Source of the DNA: Candidatus Iainarchaeum sp.
GTDB lineage: Archaea; Iainarchaeota; Iainarchaeia; Iainarchaeales; JAZDEL01
Assembly: GCA_043808785.1 (NCBI GenBank)
Contig: JAZDEL010000010.1
Coordinates: forward strand, 90,001-122,000
Direction: 5' to 3'
DNA: 32,000 bases
Shown here: positions 7,778 through 16,892 of the stretch, piece by piece
Layout of the letters: every line of letters begins with the position of its first letter
How positions within the stretch are numbered: position 1 is the first letter of the stretch
Notes under the pieces: model-generated
What the model was told of the DNA's origin: nothing
What the model saw: only the letters and a program-made list of their open reading frames with translations
Databases searched by the model: none
Translations under genes and position numbers: made by a program

Positions 7778-7948
7778 GTGCATACGGGCCCCTCCGTCTC
7801 CAGCTTCATCTTCGGCGCAATCTGCTGGCTCCCTGTAGGCTTCTCTGTGGCGCTGGCGAGATGGGGGTGCATAGAGGAGGCTTATGTGCTGGCGAAGTAT
7901 TCTATGGCGTTTCTGGCGGGGGCGAGCGTGGCGTGCTGGCTGGGGTGA
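7778..7948 (+). CDS. Hydrophobic mini-protein, paralogue 3 of 4
   Basis: GTG at 7778 is the only start after the in-frame TAG at 7736. Product: VHTGPSVSSFIFGAICWLPVGFSVALARWGCIEEAYVLAKYSMAFLAGASVACWLG. No obvious SD. Confidence 0.45.
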   Translation: MHTGPSVSSFIFGAICWLPVGFSVALARWGCIEEAYVLAKYSMAFLAGASVACWLG

Positions 7949-7965
7949 AAAATCCGCACGCGGGG

Positions 7966-8940
7966 TTACCCGACTTTTTTCAGAAGCCCGCCAAGAATGG
8001 CATCCCTGTCCTCCTTAAGTATCGCGCTTATTTCTTCCGCGCGCTTTTCGAGGCACATGTAAACGAACTTCGAGAATTTTGAATATTCCCCGCTTAACTG
8101 CACCCTTTCAAGAAGCGCTATGTAGCCCTGCCTGTTTTCAAGGTTGATTATCGCGCGCGGATATCCTGCGTTCCCAAGCATTACCTGCAGGAGTTCCCTG
8201 CCCGTTCTCCCGTTGCCGTCGTTGAAAGGGTGAATCTCCTCGAAGCGCGCGTGGAACTCCGCGGCAAGCTCGACAGGGTGCGTTTTGCCCGTGTTTTCCC
8301 CCAGCCATCCGAGGAGGGCGGCAAGCCTTTCCCCCACCTTGTCCGCGGGCGGGGGCCTTACCTTTGACCCCGTAATGAACATCGGGCCTTGCCTGTACGT
8401 GCCCGGGGTTTTGTCGTCAAAGCCCTTCAGTATCGCGGCGTTTATTTTTTTGATGCCCCTTTCGGTTATTTTTTTCATGTTCTTCGACGTTTCGGCGGCA
8501 AGTTTCATGTTTTCGATTTCCCTTATCTCCTCGATGCGCTTTCCCGCAACCGAGGCGCCCTTCTGAATTACAATAGATGCCTCCTGCAGGCTCAGCGAGT
8601 TTCCCTCTACCGAAGCGCTTCCCTGCGCATACCTGAGGAACTCGTCCTCCCTGAACGAGTCGAAGCCCTGCGGGAAAAATTCCTTCAGGAGCGCGTAATC
8701 CGACTTCAGCCTTTCCAGCGTGAGCTTTTCGGCTTTTGACAAAACACCGCCTCTGAACTCCTTTTCGGAATTCCTGAAATTCCCGACCACGGTCTCACGG
8801 ACAAGGCTGTCGAAGGCTTCCCCGATTCTGCCTGCGGCCTGCCCTTTCCTGCCGAGGGAAAAGCTAAGGCGCTTTCCGCCCGCCCTGTCCTCCAGGTAAT
8901 AGTAGTGCTTTCCGCCAATCTTCCGTTTAGATATGAACAT
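7966..8940 (-). CDS. Fic-domain protein (AMPylase-type), with an N-terminal inhibitory-helix-like motif
   Basis: Canonical Fic motif HPFNDGNGRTGR. SASVEGN matches the (S/T)xxxE(G/N) auto-inhibition motif. Start placed at Met16 of the track ORF (MFISKRKIGGKHYYYLE), which has a TATA-like tttttatac about 25-30 nt upstream. The 15 extra N-terminal residues in the track look spurious. Confidence 0.85.
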   Translation of the reverse strand: MFISKRKIGGKHYYYLEDRAGGKRLSFSLGRKGQAAGRIGEAFDSLVRETVVGNFRNSEKEFRGGVLSKAEKLTLERLKSDYALLKEFFPQGFDSFREDEFLRYAQGSASVEGNSLSLQEASIVIQKGASVAGKRIEEIREIENMKLAAETSKNMKKITERGIKKINAAILKGFDDKTPGTYRQGPMFITGSKVRPPPADKVGERLAALLGWLGENTGKTHPVELAAEFHARFEEIHPFNDGNGRTGRELLQVMLGNAGYPRAIINLENRQGYIALLERVQLSGEYSKFSKFVYMCLEKRAEEISAILKEDRDAILGGLLKKVG

Positions 8941-9036
8941 AAGACTAATTAACACCAAAAAGTATAAAAATGTATTATTTTGCATAAATTGGTGTTAAGA
9001 GGTTTTGACAGGGGAAACGCCAAATAGGATGGCGCA

Positions 9037-9201
9037 GTGGACCCCTCCGTCTCCCGCCTCATCTTCGGGGCAATCTGCTGGCTCCCCCTCGGCTTCTGCG
9101 TGGCGCTCGCGCGCCGGGGTTGCATCGGGGAGGCGTATGGGCTGGCAAAGTATGTGATTGCATTCCTGGCGGGAGCGAGCGTGGCGGGTTGGCTGGGTTA
9201 A
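9037..9201 (+). CDS. Hydrophobic 54-aa mini-protein, paralogue 4 of 4
   Basis: GTG at 9037 follows the in-frame TAG at 9025. Product: VDPSVSRLIFGAICWLPLGFCVALARRGCIGEAYGLAKYVIAFLAGASVAGWLG. Confidence 0.5.
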   Translation: MDPSVSRLIFGAICWLPLGFCVALARRGCIGEAYGLAKYVIAFLAGASVAGWLG

Positions 9202-9340
9202 AAAAACTTGCAGCGGAAATGAGCCCTACAGAGGTTTATAAACGAAAAAACCGTTATTAATTCAGGCGCGCAGTGCGCCTCTGCCTTATTCAAAAAATGC
9301 GGGCACGCATGAATTCGGCGCGCCGCGGCCCGCAGGGAGC

Positions 9341-10189
9341 ATGATTGGAATGGAAGGGAAAAATGCGCTTGTGGTTTTTCAGGACAGGAAGATAAGGAGG
9401 GCTTGGCATAAAGAGGAGTGGTTCTTTTCGGTTGTGGACGTCATTGAGGCGCTCACTGACAGCCCAACGCCGAGGCAGTATTGGGGCAAGGTAAAAGACA
9501 GGGAATTCGCGGGGCTTGAGTTGTCCCCAATTTGGGTACAACTGAAACTCCCCTCTGCGGACGGCAAATATTACGATACGGACTGCGCAAATACCGAGGG
9601 CATGTTCAGGATAATCCAGTCAATTCCGTCCCCCAAAGCGGAGCCATTCAAGCTCTGGCTGGCAAAGGTCGGCTATGAAAGGGTTCAGGAAATAGAGAAC
9701 CCCGAGCTTGCGCAGGCGAGGATGAAGGAGCTTTACAGGGCAAAGGGATACTCGGATGAATGGATTGAGAAGCGTGTGAGGGGCATTGCAGTAAGGCAGG
9801 AACTTACGGATGAGTGGAAAAATCGCGGCGTGCTTTACAGGGAATACGGCATACTGACGAATGAAATAAGCAAGGCCACCTTCGGGAAAACTGTGGATGA
9901 GTACAGGGATTTCAAGGGGCTTAAACGGGAACCGCTCAGGGACCACATGGCGGATTTGGAGCTTATTTTCACGATGCTCGGCGAGGCTTCCACAACAAAA
10001 ATAGCGCGCGGCAGGAATGCGCGCGGCTTTCCAGAGAACAAAACCGCGGCGGAAAAGGGCGGGAGAATAGCGGGAGATGCGAGGAAAAAACTTGAGATTG
10101 AATCCGGCGAAGAGGTTATGAATTCGGAGAATTACCTTAAGGAGCCTGAAGCCGTGAAAAGAAGGAGGCTGGCTGCGGGGAAGGGATGA
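9341..10189 (+). CDS. Bro-N domain protein / DNA-damage-inducible protein D-like
   Basis: N-terminus ALVVFQDRKIRRAWHKEEWFFSVVDVIEALTDSPTPRQYW fits the Bro-N pattern. It is followed by IQSIPSPKAEPFKLWLAKVGYERVQEIENPE, typical of DinD-like proteins. Confidence 0.6.
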   Translation: MIGMEGKNALVVFQDRKIRRAWHKEEWFFSVVDVIEALTDSPTPRQYWGKVKDREFAGLELSPIWVQLKLPSADGKYYDTDCANTEGMFRIIQSIPSPKAEPFKLWLAKVGYERVQEIENPELAQARMKELYRAKGYSDEWIEKRVRGIAVRQELTDEWKNRGVLYREYGILTNEISKATFGKTVDEYRDFKGLKREPLRDHMADLELIFTMLGEASTTKIARGRNARGFPENKTAAEKGGRIAGDARKKLEIESGEEVMNSENYLKEPEAVKRRRLAAGKG

Positions 10190-10200
10190 TGCTGCAGAAA

Positions 10201-11031
10201 TCAATGCAAAGAAATTTCCTTCCCCGATTTTTCCCGCGATGCTTTTCCGAAGGAGGGCATTTTCTTCAATTGCTCCCTTGTGAAAACTGGCCCGTCTTTG
10301 CACACGAGCATCCCGTCAATCTCGCATGCGCCGCACACCCCGAAGCCGCATCGGAAATATCGCTCCAAACTGAATTCATAATTCACGCCCGCCCTCTCGC
10401 ACACGTCCTGCAGCCCCTTCATCATTTTTTCGGGGCCGCAGGAGTAAGCCATATCATACGCCCCTCCCTTTCCTGCGCGCAGCATCTTCTCCGCGAGCGC
10501 TGTGGGAAAGCCCCTCTCCCCCGCGCTCCCGTCATCGCTGGTTATGTATAAGTTTGTGTGCTTGCCCAGCAAACCCTCGCAAAAAATTTCGTTTTTTGTT
10601 TTAACCCCGAAAATGAAGTCGGGTTTTTTGTTTTTCCCGCGCGCTGAGAAATGCTGCGCAAGCATCATCAGGGAAGCGACGCCGCACCCGCCGGCAACGA
10701 GGAGGGGTTTCTTCACGCCTTTTGTTTCGAACCCTTTCCCGTACGGCCCGCGCAAACCAACCTTATCGCCTTCCCGCAAGCCAAAAAGCGCATTTGTGAA
10801 TTTTCCCTTCCTCCTCACGAGGATTGCGTTCTCCCTCCCCGAAAGGAAAACGCTGTAGGGCTTCTCGTCCAAACCCGGGAGCCAGAGCATAACAAACTGC
10901 CCCGGCGCGCACTCGATTTTTTTGTCAATGTAAATTATGCGTACGTTTTTGTTTTCATCAGTTACGCGCGTAACCGCGGCCATTTCAGGAACATCCGCAA
11001 CATGCCGTTCCCCCGTGCAGGAAGCGCTCAT
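10201..11031 (-). CDS. pyrK: Dihydroorotate dehydrogenase (class 1B) electron-transfer subunit
   Basis: FAD/NAD-binding ferredoxin-reductase-like fold (GQFVMLWLPGLDEKPYS, LLVAGGCGVASL). C-terminal 2Fe-2S Cys cluster CGFGVCGACEIDGMLVCKDGPVF. ATGA overlap with the pyrD stop. Confidence 0.85.
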   Translation of the reverse strand: MSASCTGERHVADVPEMAAVTRVTDENKNVRIIYIDKKIECAPGQFVMLWLPGLDEKPYSVFLSGRENAILVRRKGKFTNALFGLREGDKVGLRGPYGKGFETKGVKKPLLVAGGCGVASLMMLAQHFSARGKNKKPDFIFGVKTKNEIFCEGLLGKHTNLYITSDDGSAGERGFPTALAEKMLRAGKGGAYDMAYSCGPEKMMKGLQDVCERAGVNYEFSLERYFRCGFGVCGACEIDGMLVCKDGPVFTREQLKKMPSFGKASREKSGKEISLH

Positions 11032-11942
11032 TCATGCGCCACCCCCCTCAGTTCCTTTATGTTGCGGACACCGTTCTTTTCCATCCATTCCGACATCTCT
11101 GCACATACCTTGCCGAAAATAGAGGGGCCGCTGCCGTAAACCGCAGTCCCTACCCCGACAGCAGCTGCGCCTGCCTCTATCATCTCAATAGCATCCCTGC
11201 CGCTGCTCACGCCCCCCATTCCGAGTATCGGTATTTCCACTTCCTCATACAACTGGTAAACGCACCTGAGCGCAAGCGGCTTTATTGCAGCGCCGCTCAT
11301 TCCCCCGAATTTGTTGGAAAGCACCGGCTTCCTCGCCTCCGCATTTATCAGCATCCCCGTCAGCGTGTTTATCGCGCACAGCGCGTCCGCGCCCGCATCC
11401 TCGCACGCTTTCCCCACTTCGACGATTTTGTATGTATTTGGCGTGAGCTTGGGCATCACGGGAATTTTCCCGCAAACACCCTTCACAGCGCGCGTAACCT
11501 CCGCGGCAGGCTCCGGCTCCAGGCCGAACATCTGCCCGTGCTTTGCCGAGTTCGGGCATGAAATATTTATCTCAATTATCGCCGGCTTTCGCTCCGCAAC
11601 CGCCCCCGCAACCTCGGCAAACTCCTCCACGGTCCCGCCGTAGATTGAGGCAATCAGCGGCGCCTTAATCCCGCGCAGTCCCCCCCATTCCTTGCCGAGG
11701 TTTTTGTAGCCGGGCGTCGGCAGGCCGACACAGTTAAGCGCCCCGTGCTCCCAGCGCACGATGCTCGGGTTTGCATGCCCCTCCCGCTCCCTCGGGCCTA
11801 TGGACTTCATTGTCACGGCGCCGGCCCCTGCTTCCGCTGCGCGCTTAAGCAGCGCCGCGCTTGTGCCGAATATTCCAGACGGGAGCACGGTGGGGTTTTT
11901 CATCTTCGCGCCGCAGAACTCCGTCGTGAGATTCATCGCCAT
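11028..11942 (-). CDS. pyrD: Dihydroorotate dehydrogenase catalytic subunit (class 1B)
   Basis: TIM-barrel DHODH motifs: IEINISCPNS, NTLTGM, GGMSGAAIKP, PILGMGGVSSGRDAIEMI. Confidence 0.9.
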   Translation of the reverse strand: MAMNLTTEFCGAKMKNPTVLPSGIFGTSAALLKRAAEAGAGAVTMKSIGPREREGHANPSIVRWEHGALNCVGLPTPGYKNLGKEWGGLRGIKAPLIASIYGGTVEEFAEVAGAVAERKPAIIEINISCPNSAKHGQMFGLEPEPAAEVTRAVKGVCGKIPVMPKLTPNTYKIVEVGKACEDAGADALCAINTLTGMLINAEARKPVLSNKFGGMSGAAIKPLALRCVYQLYEEVEIPILGMGGVSSGRDAIEMIEAGAAAVGVGTAVYGSGPSIFGKVCAEMSEWMEKNGVRNIKELRGVAHE

Positions 11943-12038
11943 CGCCCTTCCCGCTTCCGCCCGTGGTTCGTGGGCAAACCCGTGCCAGCTCCTTTTTTCC
12001 CTTCGGCCCGCAATTCGCAGCAGGGCCCGCCCGCAGCC

Positions 12039-13471
<1,433 letters not shown>

Positions 13472-13545
13472 TTAACCCTTTATATTATTGGGGTTCAGGA
13501 TATTTAAATGTGGCGGTTGCGCGCGCGGAATAGGTGCGGCAGGCT

Positions 13546-13695
13546 CGCAGCAGGAACAAAAACCAAACCCGCGGGTTTGCCGGGTTTGCGCGCCGCGAAC
13601 TGCAAACCAACCCGGCGGTTTGCGGGGTTTTCGTGCCGCGGGCCGCAGGCCGAACCCCGCGGAAGCGCGGGCTTTTGCGCCCGTTCCTGCCGCAG
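13546..13695. other. GC-rich, palindrome-dense intergenic element between divergent pyrB and ftsZ
   Basis: Perfect 16-nt palindrome CAAACCCGCGGGTTTG at 13564-13579. GGTTTGC heptamers at 13574, 13583 and 13617, plus an inverted GCAAACC at 13602. Flanking complementary arms gcaggaac (13550-13557) and gttcctgc (13683-13690). Confidence 0.3.
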
Positions 13696-13750
13696 GATTA
13701 ACCACTCGCAAGTAACAATTTTTGCCCGCAAGGCGCGCGAACATAGATAT

Positions 13751-13790
13751 GCTTTTAAACCATTTTTATGGGGTAATAGGTATATTGCTT
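13751..13790 (+). promoter_or_regulatory. AT-rich TATA-box-like region upstream of ftsZ
   Basis: gcttttaaaccatttttatggggtaataggtatatt is the only AT-rich patch between the GC-rich element and the proposed ftsZ start. Confidence 0.3.
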
Positions 13791-13834
13791 TATTCGTTGT
13801 TTCGGCTTTTGCCGGGTGTGCAGGGGGTTTGGGT

Positions 13835-15064
13835 GTGAGGACTGTTATTGACAAGGCTTTGAAAAGCATAAGGGCGGATGCTGCCACAGGAAAGGTCCAG
13901 GTAAGGGCTGTGGGGATAGACGCGGAAATTTCCGAGCGCAGGCCCGTGGAAAAGGCGCCAAAGGCATCCAAAAAGCGCGCTGCACAGGACGATAAAGCCA
14001 AGCGCAAGGGCTCCATAATACACTCGGACCAGGAACTCACCGAACTGCTTAAAACCGCGCGCGCAAAGATACGCGTTATTGGTGTAGGAGGGGGCGGGGG
14101 AAACACAATACAGCGCATGAGCGAAGTCGGAATCATAGGGGCGGAAACCTTTGCTGTCAACACGGATGCGCAGGACCTCCTTACTGTTTGCGCGGACCGC
14201 AAGATTCTTGTGGGAAAGAAACTCACCCGCGGCCTCGGCTCAGGGTCAAACCCGCAGATAGGGGAGGCAGCTGCGCACGAGAGCATCGAGGAACTCAACG
14301 AGCTTCTCGCCGACTCGGACCTTGTTTTTATCACGTGCGGAATGGGCGGAGGCACGGGCACTGGCGGAAGCCCCGTAATTGCCGCAATTACAAAGGACCT
14401 GAAGGCGCTTACAATAGGCGTTGTCACGCTCCCCTTCACTGTTGAGGGGAAGAAGCGCATGGAGAACGCGCTCGACGGGCTTTCAAAACTGAGGCAGCAC
14501 GCGGATACGGTTATTGTGATACCTAACGACAAAATCCTCGAGATTGCGCCCGACCTGCCCGTAAATGCCGCGTTCAAGGTCGCGGATGAAGTGCTGACAA
14601 ACGCGGTAAAGGGCATAACCGAAATGGTCACAAAGCCCGGGCTCATAAACCTCGACTTTGCGGACCTCAGGACAATACTTGAAAAGGGCGGGGCGGCAAT
14701 GATAGGCCTCGGGGAGAGCAGCACGGAGAAGGCATCCGACAGCCGCGCCCTGGAAGCGGTTGAGAATGCGCTAACATCCCCCCTGCTCGATGTCGACATT
14801 TCATGCGCATCCCGTGCATTGGTAAACGTTGTCGGGGGTTCCGACATGACACTGCGCGAAGCGGAGATGATTGTTGAAGCTGTAAGCGCGAAAATCCACT
14901 CCGATGCGCACATAATCTGGGGCGCAATGATAGACGAGAACATCCCGCGCAACCGCATACAGGCGATGATTGTGATTGCGGGCGGAAAGTTCCCGTACCT
15001 TGAGAAAAACGCCTCGGGCAAGTTCGAAGGGTCCATAGATTTGGGGATTAGGTTCACTGACTGA
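13835..15064 (+). CDS. ftsZ: Cell division GTPase FtsZ
   Basis: IRVIGVGGGGGN and the tubulin signature GMGGGTGTGGSPVIA. Start placed at GTG 13835 (TTG 13829 is an alternative), giving VRTVIDKALKSI. The track start at 13508 would add an Arg/Cys-rich extension across the promoter and palindrome region. Confidence 0.88.
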   Translation: MRTVIDKALKSIRADAATGKVQVRAVGIDAEISERRPVEKAPKASKKRAAQDDKAKRKGSIIHSDQELTELLKTARAKIRVIGVGGGGGNTIQRMSEVGIIGAETFAVNTDAQDLLTVCADRKILVGKKLTRGLGSGSNPQIGEAAAHESIEELNELLADSDLVFITCGMGGGTGTGGSPVIAAITKDLKALTIGVVTLPFTVEGKKRMENALDGLSKLRQHADTVIVIPNDKILEIAPDLPVNAAFKVADEVLTNAVKGITEMVTKPGLINLDFADLRTILEKGGAAMIGLGESSTEKASDSRALEAVENALTSPLLDVDISCASRALVNVVGGSDMTLREAEMIVEAVSAKIHSDAHIIWGAMIDENIPRNRIQAMIVIAGGKFPYLEKNASGKFEGSIDLGIRFTD

Positions 15065-15128
15065 GGGCGCGGGCAGCAAAGTTGCAATTGCCGCAACCAT
15101 TAAATATGGCGGGCGGCAATATATTGTA

Positions 15129-16046
15129 ATGGAAATCTTGAAGCGCAGGCAGACTTACGGCAACCGCCTAGATACCTATATGAAGCGGAAGCCCGGCCGA
15201 ATGCGCCATCCGATTTTTTTAAAGCAGAATCCGAAAGGCGAACTTATTTACCCCGTCCCCAAAGCGCTTGAGTATGCTGAGCTGCCCAAACCTATCAAGC
15301 TCGGGCAGCATATCGGAAATAAAGGCGAAAGGCCGCCCTTTACTCTTGCAAATGTGGAGTGGATACGCAAGACACGCATGCTCAAAATGGGCGGGTGCGA
15401 TGTTGGTTACCCCAATAGCCGCCGCGCAATTTACTCCGGAAAAATAAAATTCCTGGGGAAAAGCCAGCCAGAAAAAGTCATTGTTAAAGAAATTGTCGGC
15501 GGATTTACTTCACACAAGCCCTATGGCTCTTTTATTGAAATGCTCGATAAAGGCGGCGTTCCTCACCCAAAAATGGCCGCTTTCCAATTGTGGTCCGGCC
15601 GCCACAAGAACGATATGGCACAGTATGTGGTGATGGAGCCATTCCTGTCCAAGGGCAGCACAAAATTTCACTATGTGAATGAGGACTTGGTAAGGGCACT
15701 GGATTTGGGTAATGGATTCGACAGGGATATTTTCAGGCAGGTTGCCGAACATACTGCGGCAATTGCGAAAGCAGGGCTTCGCTTCGAGCCAGCCTCAACT
15801 ATGGCTGGCGAATTGAGGGTTGACCTCTTCAATGTAATTCGGCTTAAGGGCGGAACGCCGAAAGTTTTTGTCCAGGATTTGGACACTCTTAACTGGGGGG
15901 TGCATAGCCCGCAGTTGGATTGGGAACATTCCTGCAAAACGCTTCTTGCGGTCATAAATAATGCAAATAAGGCAAATAACGGGGCGGCAAAGAAGATAAT
16001 CGGGGAGGCGGCAAAGAAACACGGCTTAAACTGGCAGAGCGCCTGA
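15129..16046 (+). CDS. Hypothetical protein, possibly a protein-kinase-like (RIO/Kdo-type) fold
   Basis: Order of motifs resembles atypical kinases: KVIVKE (Lys), QYVVMEPF (hinge), RVDLFNVI (D..N catalytic loop-like) and VFVQDLDTL (metal-binding Asp-like). Pattern match by eye only. Confidence 0.4.
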   Translation: MEILKRRQTYGNRLDTYMKRKPGRMRHPIFLKQNPKGELIYPVPKALEYAELPKPIKLGQHIGNKGERPPFTLANVEWIRKTRMLKMGGCDVGYPNSRRAIYSGKIKFLGKSQPEKVIVKEIVGGFTSHKPYGSFIEMLDKGGVPHPKMAAFQLWSGRHKNDMAQYVVMEPFLSKGSTKFHYVNEDLVRALDLGNGFDRDIFRQVAEHTAAIAKAGLRFEPASTMAGELRVDLFNVIRLKGGTPKVFVQDLDTLNWGVHSPQLDWEHSCKTLLAVINNANKANNGAAKKIIGEAAKKHGLNWQSA

Positions 16047-16127
16047 GGCAACCGCAACCCTTATTAACCTTTTTTTACCCTTATTGGGTATAATTTGCCC
16101 TTAGGGGCGAGTGTGCAAGTGGTTTGA

Positions 16128-16304
16128 ATGTTCGACGTTTCAGGCTTCATTGACTCCACGAAAAGGATTTTAACCGTGAGCAAGAAGCCCGACAGGAAGG
16201 AATACGCCACAATGGTGAAGATAACAGGCCTTGGCATACTGCTGATTGCAGTTGTCGGGTTCGTGGTTATGCTCATATTCAGGCTGCTGAACTTAGGGAT
16301 TTGA
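16128..16304 (+). CDS. secE: Protein translocase subunit SecE / Sec61-gamma
   Basis: 58-aa ORF below the track cutoff: MFDVSGFIDSTKRILTVSKKPDRKEYATMVKITGLGILLIAVVGFVVMLIFRLLNLGI. It has a KP..EY motif plus a single C-terminal TM. Sits in the conserved position upstream of spt5. Confidence 0.75.
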   Translation: MFDVSGFIDSTKRILTVSKKPDRKEYATMVKITGLGILLIAVVGFVVMLIFRLLNLGI

Positions 16305-16387
16305 ACGCGGAATTTTGGCGTGTTTTGGAATCTGGAAACTCGGGATTTGAACCATGGCACGAATGAACCATTGACGGGATGTTTTTT

Positions 16388-16828
16388 ATGATTTTTACAG
16401 TGCGCACAACCGTGGGGCAGGAGAGCCTTGTTGTCGATATCCTCTCCAACAAGATTCACAAGGAGGAGCTCAACATATTCTCCCTTTCCGTTATCCCCGG
16501 GCTCAAGGGTTACATCCTTGTCGAGGCGGACAACGAGATGACGGTAAGGCGCGCGATTGCCAATACCTCCCACATAAAGGGCCGCGGAATTGTCGGCGGG
16601 GAAGTCAAAATAGAGGAACTCCATTCCCTGCTAGAGGCAAAGCCGCTGATGAAGAGCATCAAGACAGGGGCGAAGGTCGAACTTATTGCAGGGCCTTTCA
16701 AGGGCGAGAAGGCAAAGGTAATACGCGTGAACGACACAAAGGAAGAGGTAACGGTTGAACTGCTCGAGGCTGCGGTGAAAATACCCGTAACCATCCACGC
16801 GGAGCACATAAGGATACTGAAGGAGTGA
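16388..16828 (+). CDS. spt5: Transcription elongation factor Spt5 (NusG)
   Basis: NGN domain MIFTVRTTVGQE...GYILVEA. KOW motif GAKVELIAGPFKGEKAKVIRV. Second ATG chosen because archaeal Spt5 typically begins MIF.VRT; the track start at 16379 is possible. Confidence 0.85.
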   Translation: MIFTVRTTVGQESLVVDILSNKIHKEELNIFSLSVIPGLKGYILVEADNEMTVRRAIANTSHIKGRGIVGGEVKIEELHSLLEAKPLMKSIKTGAKVELIAGPFKGEKAKVIRVNDTKEEVTVELLEAAVKIPVTIHAEHIRILKE

Positions 16829-16892
16829 GCCCGCGCGGGTACATACGCATACTTAAGGAATGAACCATAAACGCACGGAGGGGTTTTTGTTT

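Noticed and set aside
5188-9201. Could the four regularly spaced repeats be a CRISPR array or MITEs?
   Set aside because: The units are 165 nt, diverged (about 84% identity between copies 2 and 3), more than 1 kb apart, and each is a complete ORF with an excess of synonymous change. They have no terminal inverted repeats. This is not CRISPR-like or MITE-like.
13508-13834. Track-predicted 109-aa N-terminal extension of FtsZ
   Set aside because: It is Arg/Cys/Gly-rich low complexity. It runs through the pyrB promoter, the palindromic element and the only AT-rich promoter patch. The FtsZ-like sequence begins at VRTVIDKALKSI.
13504-15096. 530-aa minus-strand ORF antisense to ftsZ
   Set aside because: This is a shadow ORF in GC-rich DNA. 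It is Ser/Ala/Pro/Arg-rich with no recognisable motifs, while the plus strand encodes an unmistakable FtsZ.
16295-16357. Two GGGATTTGAAC motifs resembling the reverse complement of a tRNA T-loop (GGTTCAAATCC)
   Set aside because: The flanking bases do not form a T-stem or acceptor stem. The first copy lies inside the secE coding end. No cloverleaf can be drawn.
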